A stretch of 64,000 nucleotides of DNA, taken from assembly GCA_964649665.1 (NCBI GenBank), contig CAZYPU010000004.1:511-64510 (forward strand), read 5' to 3'. Each line of letters begins with the position of its first letter. The stretch's first letter is position 1. Of this stretch, positions 59,139 through 64,000 are shown piece by piece. The stretch is from an uncultured Planctomycetia bacterium (lineage in GTDB: Bacteria; Omnitrophota; Gorgyraeia; JABMRN01; RBG-13-46-9). The notes below the pieces were generated by a model. That model was not told the origin of the DNA. It searched no databases and was given only the letters and a program-made list of their open reading frames with translations. The position numbers and the translations under genes are program-made.

Positions 59139-59621
59139 ATGCTAGAACAGATTACGAATTCGCTGGTGGCGTTTAACAAAGAGATCGCGGTGGTCGCCCT
59201 GGCGGCGATGCCGGTTTCAGAGCTGAGGGGCGCGATCCCACTCGGGCTGGCGATGGGTTTCTCACCGCTTAAAACCTATTTACTTGCGTTTTGCGGGAAT
59301 CTTTTGCCGGTCATACCGCTTCTATTTTTACTGCAGCCCATAACCAACAAACTTCGCCATATAAAGATATTCGAGAGATTCTTTAACTGGCTGTTCGAAA
59401 GGACAAGGAGAAAAGCGACGCTTGTGGAGAAATTCGAGGCGCTCGGCCTTATCCTGTTCGTAGCGATACCACTGCCCATAACCGGAGCGTGGACCGGATG
59501 CGTCGCTGCCACGCTTTTTAAAATACGGTTTCGTTACGCGTTCATCGCGATCGCGCTCGGCGTTTTTATTGCCGGATTTATTGTTTTGGGATTAAGTTTA
59601 GCGGGAAGGGCACTCCTGTGA
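59139..59621 (+). CDS. small integral membrane protein (COG2426-like, putative small multidrug export family)
   Basis: 160 aa, ~4 TM helices. PVSELRGAIPLG motif recalled from this family. Confidence 0.45.
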   Translation: MLEQITNSLVAFNKEIAVVALAAMPVSELRGAIPLGLAMGFSPLKTYLLAFCGNLLPVIPLLFLLQPITNKLRHIKIFERFFNWLFERTRRKATLVEKFEALGLILFVAIPLPITGAWTGCVAATLFKIRFRYAFIAIALGVFIAGFIVLGLSLAGRALL

Positions 59622-60133
59622 AAAAGGGCCTCGTTCAAATCTATACCGGTAACGGAAAAGGCAAGACAACAGCGGCACTCGGCCTTGCGTTAAGGGCCGC
59701 CGGCGCAGGGCTATCCGTTTATATATTGCAGTTTCTAAAAACCGCCGCTTACAGCGAAATGAAGGCGCTTAAAAAAGTAGAGAATATCAAGGCCGAACAA
59801 TGCGGCAGGGGATGCCTTATAAAAAGAAAGGCAAAAAAAATCGACATAGATTGCGCCGTAAAGGGCCTTATGCGCGCGCGAAAAATTATACTCTCGGGTA
59901 AACACGATATCGTCATACTCGACGAGGTAAACGTCGCGCTGCGGCTCGGTTTAATCAAATCCGGGGATATTATCGATATGATAAAACAGAAACCCCGCCA
60001 TGTGGAGCTTATTCTTACCGGAAGGTATTGCCCGAAAGTCCTTATGCAACGCGCCGATCTCGTAACGGAAATGCGGGAAGTAAAGCACCCCTACCGAAAA
60101 GGCCTGAAGGCGCGGCCGGGCATCGAATATTAA
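59618..60133 (+). CDS. cobO: ATP:cob(I)alamin adenosyltransferase (CobA/CobO/BtuR type)
   Basis: GLVQIYTGNGKGKTTAALGLALRAAG, ILDEVN, HPYRKG-type C-terminus. Confidence 0.85.
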   Translation: MKKGLVQIYTGNGKGKTTAALGLALRAAGAGLSVYILQFLKTAAYSEMKALKKVENIKAEQCGRGCLIKRKAKKIDIDCAVKGLMRARKIILSGKHDIVILDEVNVALRLGLIKSGDIIDMIKQKPRHVELILTGRYCPKVLMQRADLVTEMREVKHPYRKGLKARPGIEY

Positions 60134-60138
60134 AAATC

Positions 60139-60807
60139 ATGAAAGAAAAAGTGCTGCTTTCATGGAGCGGCGGCAAGGATAGCGCCTTTGCCCTTCACGA
60201 AGTCCTGAAAAACAAAAGGTTCGAAGTAGCGGCGCTTTTGCAGACAGTAACCCGCGACTACCGGCGTTCCAGCATGCACGGCGTGCGGCGTATTCTACTC
60301 AAGCGGCAGGCCCGCTCAGTGGGCATACCGCTGGAAGAAATACAGATTTCAAAAAACATCACTTCCGAAGAATACGCGAGGGTAATGAGAAAAGTCCTCA
60401 AAAAGCATCTCGCAGGCGGTATTTCATCGGTGGTTTTCGGGGATGTTTTTCTGGAGGACGTGAGGAAATACCGCGAAAAAAATCTTTCGGAACTGGGCAT
60501 GAAAGCCGTGTTCCCGATATGGCAAAGGGATAGCGCCCAACTCGCCCGCTCATTTATAAAGCTGGGATTTAAGGCGATTACCACATGTGTCGACGGAAAA
60601 TTTCTCGACAAAACATTTGTCGGCAGGCAGTTCGACGAACGGTTTCTGTCGGAGCTGCCCAAAAGCACCGACCCGTTGGGCGAAAACGGCGAATTCCACT
60701 CATTCGTATACGACGGCCCGCTCTTACGCGAAAGGGTCCGCTTTAAAAAAGGCGCGATCGTCCTGCGCGACGGGCGCTTCCACTACTGCGACCTCCTTCC
60801 GGAATAA
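60139..60807 (+). CDS. DUF71/COG2102 PP-loop ATP pyrophosphatase (Dph6/MJ0570-related), paralog 1
   Basis: Start placed at ATG 60139 (MKEKVLLSWSGGKDSAFAL); the ORF track starts at 60028 inside cobO. ENGEFHSFV motif. Confidence 0.75.
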   Translation: MKEKVLLSWSGGKDSAFALHEVLKNKRFEVAALLQTVTRDYRRSSMHGVRRILLKRQARSVGIPLEEIQISKNITSEEYARVMRKVLKKHLAGGISSVVFGDVFLEDVRKYREKNLSELGMKAVFPIWQRDSAQLARSFIKLGFKAITTCVDGKFLDKTFVGRQFDERFLSELPKSTDPLGENGEFHSFVYDGPLLRERVRFKKGAIVLRDGRFHYCDLLPE

Positions 60808-60888
60808 TTTTCATCGCCATTTATGTGTTAGTGCCTTGTGGCTAAGCAGAAGGAAGTGTTCCAGAGCTGCTTAAACCATAAGTAAGCT

Positions 60889-61097
60889 ATATAAGCCTCC
60901 GGGGGTACTTGCCGGCGGCTCACACAAAAAGTTGTGTAAAGCTCTCTCCCTCGAATTTCTGCAATTTGCTAATCGGAAGGTGTGAATATTAGCCTTCGTC
61001 CTCTTCGTAGTTTACCCCTGTATGTCCGATTCGCAAATTATGAAATTCTACGGTCGAGAGCATTCACCGCCTGGCAAGTACCCCCGGAGGCTTATAT
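60889..61097. repeat. 209-nt rod-like palindromic element, copy B1 (inverted relative to copy A)
   Basis: Terminal stem ATATAAGCCTCCGGGGGTACTTGCC / GGCAAGTACCCCCGGAGGCTTATAT. The reverse complement aligns with copy A across both conserved core blocks. Confidence 0.8.
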
Positions 61098-61118
61098 TAT
61101 CGTGGACTTTTATTTCCT

Positions 61119-61266
61119 AAGGGGACGTTTCACTTTGTCCTAACTCTTTATGTGGCAATGAGTTACGAGCGGTCGTTTTCCACTCTTTTACACCTTGCAA
61201 TCCGGAAAACGACGTGTTGTAACCCCTGTACTGACAACGAGTTATATCAAAGTGAAACGTCCCCTT
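61119..61266. repeat. 148-nt palindromic element: 19-bp outer stem enclosing three hairpins, followed by a T-run
   Basis: AAGGGGACGTTTCACTTTG / CAAAGTGAAACGTCCCCTT. Inner hairpins TAACTC..GAGTTA, GTCGTTTTCC..GGAAAACGAC, GTTGT..ACAAC. Confidence 0.75.
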
Positions 61267-61273
61267 TTTCTTT

Positions 61274-61478
61274 AAGACAGGATGAGGCGCAGGGCTCCGG
61301 CGAATATTTTCGACCGTAGAATTTAGTAATTTGCGAAATTGCAATACCAGAAAATGCCATGCAGCTCTGCTGCAGGGCCACTCCTTTTGTGCAATGAGCA
61401 AATTGCATAAATTCAAGGGAAAAAATCTTGGCATAATTTTTTATGCTGAGCCGGAGACCCTGCGCCTCATCCTGTCTT
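61274..61478. repeat. 205-nt rod-like palindromic element, copy B3 (divergent, same orientation as copy A)
   Basis: Terminal stem AAGACAGGATGAGGCGCAGGGCTCCGGC / GCCGGAGACCCTGCGCCTCATCCTGTCTT. Core CGACCGTAGAATTTAGTAATTTGCGAA and AGCAAATTGCATAAATTCAAGGGA. Confidence 0.8.
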
Positions 61479-61511
61479 TCCTGGTACAGATATCGCTCAA
61501 TACATTTTTTG

Positions 61512-61540
61512 TTGACAAATACGGGGGGATTTGATATTAT
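61512..61540 (+). promoter_or_regulatory. sigma70-type promoter for the cobalamin riboswitch / receptor transcript
   Basis: TTGACA (61512-61517), 17 nt spacer, TATTAT (61535-61540). Confidence 0.55.
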
Positions 61541-61564
61541 ACAACCGCTCTTTAACATTACGTT

Positions 61565-61729
61565 CTATACAGGTGCCCGTTGAGGGCTTGAAAAGGGAAG
61601 CTCGTTTAAATCGAGCGCGGTCCCGCCGCTGTAATCGGGGACGAAACCACAGTGAGCCACTTATCGCATTTCGCGATTGGGAAGGCGTGGAAGTAGAAGG
61701 ATCCGAGAGTCAGAAGACCTGCCTGTATA
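61565..61729 (+). promoter_or_regulatory. cobalamin (B12) riboswitch aptamer
   Basis: P1 TATACAGG/CCTGTATA. GGTGCC..AAAAGGGAAG. GCGCGGTCCCGCCGCTGTAATCGGGGA (consensus CCCGCCACUGU-like). B12 box GAGTCAGAAGACCTGCC at 61707-61723. Confidence 0.85.
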
Positions 61730-61776
61730 TTAAGGTGTCGCCGGAACACCGCATATAAGGGATGAAGAAAACGGGT

Positions 61777-61815
61777 ATAACCCTATGCCACAAGGTATAG
61801 GGTTTTTTATTTTTG
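61777..61815 (+). terminator. intrinsic terminator (riboswitch expression platform)
   Basis: AACCCTAT-GCCACAAGGT-ATAGGGTT followed by TTTTTATTTTT. The RBS and TTG start follow at 61832. Confidence 0.75.
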
Positions 61816-61831
61816 AGAAAGGAATAAAAAG

Positions 61832-63841
61832 TTGAAGAAAATATTTTTAATTTTGTTCGCGTGTTTCTTAAGCATCGGATTTGTTTTTGCCGAGGAGAAA
61901 GATGAAGAGAAAAGCCTTTTAGGTGATACAAAACTGGATAAAGTTATTAAAGCTTTAATCGACCCTATGGAAAAAGTGGTTTCTCCTATTATGGAATTAG
62001 GCACTATCGTCGTGACACCTACTAAAACTAAGGAAAAATTAGGCGCTCAGTCAAGCGCCGTCACCGTAATAGGAGAAACAGAATTCTATAGAGAAAAGGC
62101 GGATTACGTTAAGGATGTCTTGAAAAACGAAATGGGTTTGGATGTTGTGGAAAGCGGGGCGTTTACGGGGCAAACGTCGGTTTTTATGCGGGGGGCCAAC
62201 TCAAACCAGACGCTGGTTATGATCGATGGGGTAAAGGTATATGATCCCACTTCACCAAACGGGGCATTTAACCTCGCTCATTTGACGCTGGACAATCTTG
62301 AGCGAATCGAAATAGTGCGGGGCTCGCAAAGTACATTGTACGGCTCCGATGCAATGGGCGGCGTTATAAATATTATAACCAAGAAAGCGGAGAAAGCATT
62401 TTTTAACGGTTTTTTCGAAACAGGCGCGTTTTCGACATTCAGGGAAGGTTTTGACATGGGTGCGAAAACGCACGGATTCCACTACACCATAGGAGGATCT
62501 TTTGTCAAAAGCCGGGGCATATCCCAGGCGCAGGCTAAAAACAATAATCCCGAACTTGACGGATATGAACAATACGCTCTTTCGGCGAGAGTGGATTATG
62601 ATGTTAACGAAGACCTTACGGTGGGGGGAACGTTCAGAAATACCTCTACACTTTTTCATTATGATCAGGGGAGGCGTGATGATGCCGATTTGTACCAGAA
62701 AGATTTCCAGACGCTTTTTACACAATATGTTGAGCACAAACCGGTTGATTTTTATAGTTATTACATAAAGCTGGGGTGGATGAATACGTTTCGAAGAGAC
62801 GCTGACGGAAATAGCGGCGGCGCCACAGACTATCTGCGAGACTGGTATAAAGGTTATGAGTTCAGGCTCGATTACAGGAACAATATTCACCTGTTCGACG
62901 TAGACACCTTTACCATCGGTTACGAGTTTACCAAGGAAATTGGCGATTCCTATTATTTCGTAGCGTGGGGTCCGGGCGTTGCGCAGAACAGCGAAAGCGA
63001 CATGCCCAAAGTTTTTTCAAGGAACCACGCGCTCTATCTACAAAATAGGCTTAACTTTCGCGATCGGTTAACGGCGACTCAGGGCATGAGGATAGATTGC
63101 CACTCTCTTGCCGGGACACACATAACTTACAAGGTGGATGGCTCCTATCTTTTTCCTACAGGAACAAAGGTAAGGGGAGGATGGGCAACTGGTTTTAAAG
63201 CGCCGACGCTTTATCAGCTCAATGCCACTTTGGTATTGCCCCAATGGGGGTGGTTTGGCTTCGGCGGCGGAAACCCCAATCTCGAACCCGAAACAAGCAA
63301 TTCTTATGAAATCGGCCTGGACCAGTACGCTTTCGGGGAAAAGCTTTTGTTACACGCAACTTACTTCCATTACATGTTTCACAGCCTGATAGGTACGACC
63401 ATGGACGCGAGGTTCAATGTTTCGCAATATCGAAATCTGGGCAAGGCCCATTCGCACGGCATTGAATGCGGAACGAAATTTAAGCCACTGGATAATTTCG
63501 AAGCGAGGTTTTCCTATACCTATGATTACACCAAGGATTACAGTACCGACAGGCCTTTGCTCCGAAGACCTCAGCATAAATTTAAAATAAATACCTATTG
63601 GGAAATAGTCCCAAAGTGGAATGTGAACCTCGAAATCCGATATAGCGGCTTACGCTATGATAGTAATGTTGACAAAATGAAGCCCTATGCAGTTGTTGAT
63701 TTTAATACCGACTACAACCTACTAAAAAATCTAAACGTTTATTTAAAGGTCGCCAACTTGTTTGATAAGCGCTACGAAGAGGTAAGGGGTTACGGAACAA
63801 GTCCTTTCGCCGTATATGTAGGTACAAAAGCTGAATTTTAA
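61832..63841 (+). CDS. btuB: TonB-dependent outer-membrane receptor, BtuB-like
   Basis: TTG start. Signal peptide. Plug-domain motifs (IVVTPTK, VFMRGANSNQTLVMIDGVKVYD, IEIVRGSQSTLYGSDAMGGVINIIT). C-terminal Phe. Lies downstream of the B12 riboswitch. Confidence 0.85.
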   Translation: MKKIFLILFACFLSIGFVFAEEKDEEKSLLGDTKLDKVIKALIDPMEKVVSPIMELGTIVVTPTKTKEKLGAQSSAVTVIGETEFYREKADYVKDVLKNEMGLDVVESGAFTGQTSVFMRGANSNQTLVMIDGVKVYDPTSPNGAFNLAHLTLDNLERIEIVRGSQSTLYGSDAMGGVINIITKKAEKAFFNGFFETGAFSTFREGFDMGAKTHGFHYTIGGSFVKSRGISQAQAKNNNPELDGYEQYALSARVDYDVNEDLTVGGTFRNTSTLFHYDQGRRDDADLYQKDFQTLFTQYVEHKPVDFYSYYIKLGWMNTFRRDADGNSGGATDYLRDWYKGYEFRLDYRNNIHLFDVDTFTIGYEFTKEIGDSYYFVAWGPGVAQNSESDMPKVFSRNHALYLQNRLNFRDRLTATQGMRIDCHSLAGTHITYKVDGSYLFPTGTKVRGGWATGFKAPTLYQLNATLVLPQWGWFGFGGGNPNLEPETSNSYEIGLDQYAFGEKLLLHATYFHYMFHSLIGTTMDARFNVSQYRNLGKAHSHGIECGTKFKPLDNFEARFSYTYDYTKDYSTDRPLLRRPQHKFKINTYWEIVPKWNVNLEIRYSGLRYDSNVDKMKPYAVVDFNTDYNLLKNLNVYLKVANLFDKRYEEVRGYGTSPFAVYVGTKAEF

Positions 63842-63843
63842 CT

Positions 63844-64000
63844 ATGCTTGAAACGAAAAGGGCGTTCTGTTCGTGGAGTGGCGGCAAGGAAAGCGCTTTG
63901 GCGCTTTATCTGGCAAAAAAGTCGGGGATTGACGTTGCCCATTTACTGAATATGATTTCCGAACACGGGGAATATTCGCGCAGTCACGGAATCAAAACTA
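63844..64000 (+). CDS. DUF71/COG2102 PP-loop ATP pyrophosphatase, paralog 2 (3' end outside window)
   Basis: Hand translation from ATG 63844: MLETKRAFCSWSGGKESALALYLAKKSGIDVAHLLNMISEHGEYSRSHGIKT. Open to the window edge. Confidence 0.65.
   Translation, partial: MLETKRAFCSWSGGKESALALYLAKKSGIDVAHLLNMISEHGEYSRSHGIKT

Noticed and set aside
61119-61266. Hammerhead or other small self-cleaving ribozyme in the four-helix element
   Set aside because: CTGACAA does not fit CUGANGA, and the junction is four-way rather than three-way. GAAAC..GTC alone is insufficient.
61117-61558. 105-aa and 103-aa minus-strand ORFs upstream of the riboswitch
   Set aside because: They span the palindromic elements B2/B3 and the riboswitch promoter, with no coding signal.

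Overview
64-kb window of a bacterial chromosome. The lineage is not identifiable by eye; GC is roughly 50%, and several promoters are near-consensus TTGACA/TATAnT. Every credible CDS is on the + strand; only one tRNA(CAU) is on the - strand. Left third: housekeeping genes (gatA/gatB, S41 protease, tsaD, polA, coaE, rho, rpmE, prfA, prmC, murA, rpsP, trmD, rplS, rnhB, fhs, apbE, tilS, ftsH, folP, cdaA plus a YbbR protein, pdxJ, acpS, nnrD). Middle: a tRNA Thr(UGU)-Tyr-Gly(UCC)...Thr(GGU)-tuf unit split by a 5.3-kb accessory segment. That segment carries a HAMP-GGDDF cyclase-like protein, a promoter plus ~230-nt structured leader plus terminator, an ~850-aa secreted repeat protein, palindromic elements, and a LAGLIDADG-like ORF that reads through tRNA-Thr. 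The complete S10-spc-alpha ribosomal operons follow (rpsJ to rplQ with secY, adk, map, infA, rpmJ, rpoA; no L30 gene). Right third: an aminotransferase / aconitase-family / IDH / MDH cluster, glycolipid genes, pcm, and a cobalamin module (cobO-type adenosyltransferase, two DUF71 PP-loop paralogs, a cobalamin riboswitch, a TonB-dependent receptor). The most unusual content is non-coding: three copies of a ~205-209-nt rod-like palindromic element with a conserved core and covarying stems, several other large nested hairpins, a CACAGAT heptamer array, and a ~58-nt segment shared in frame by the 3' ends of rpmE and rplC. All calls were made by eye from the sequence and ORF translations. No database or covariance-model search was possible, so family names are recognition-based and start codons are approximate.
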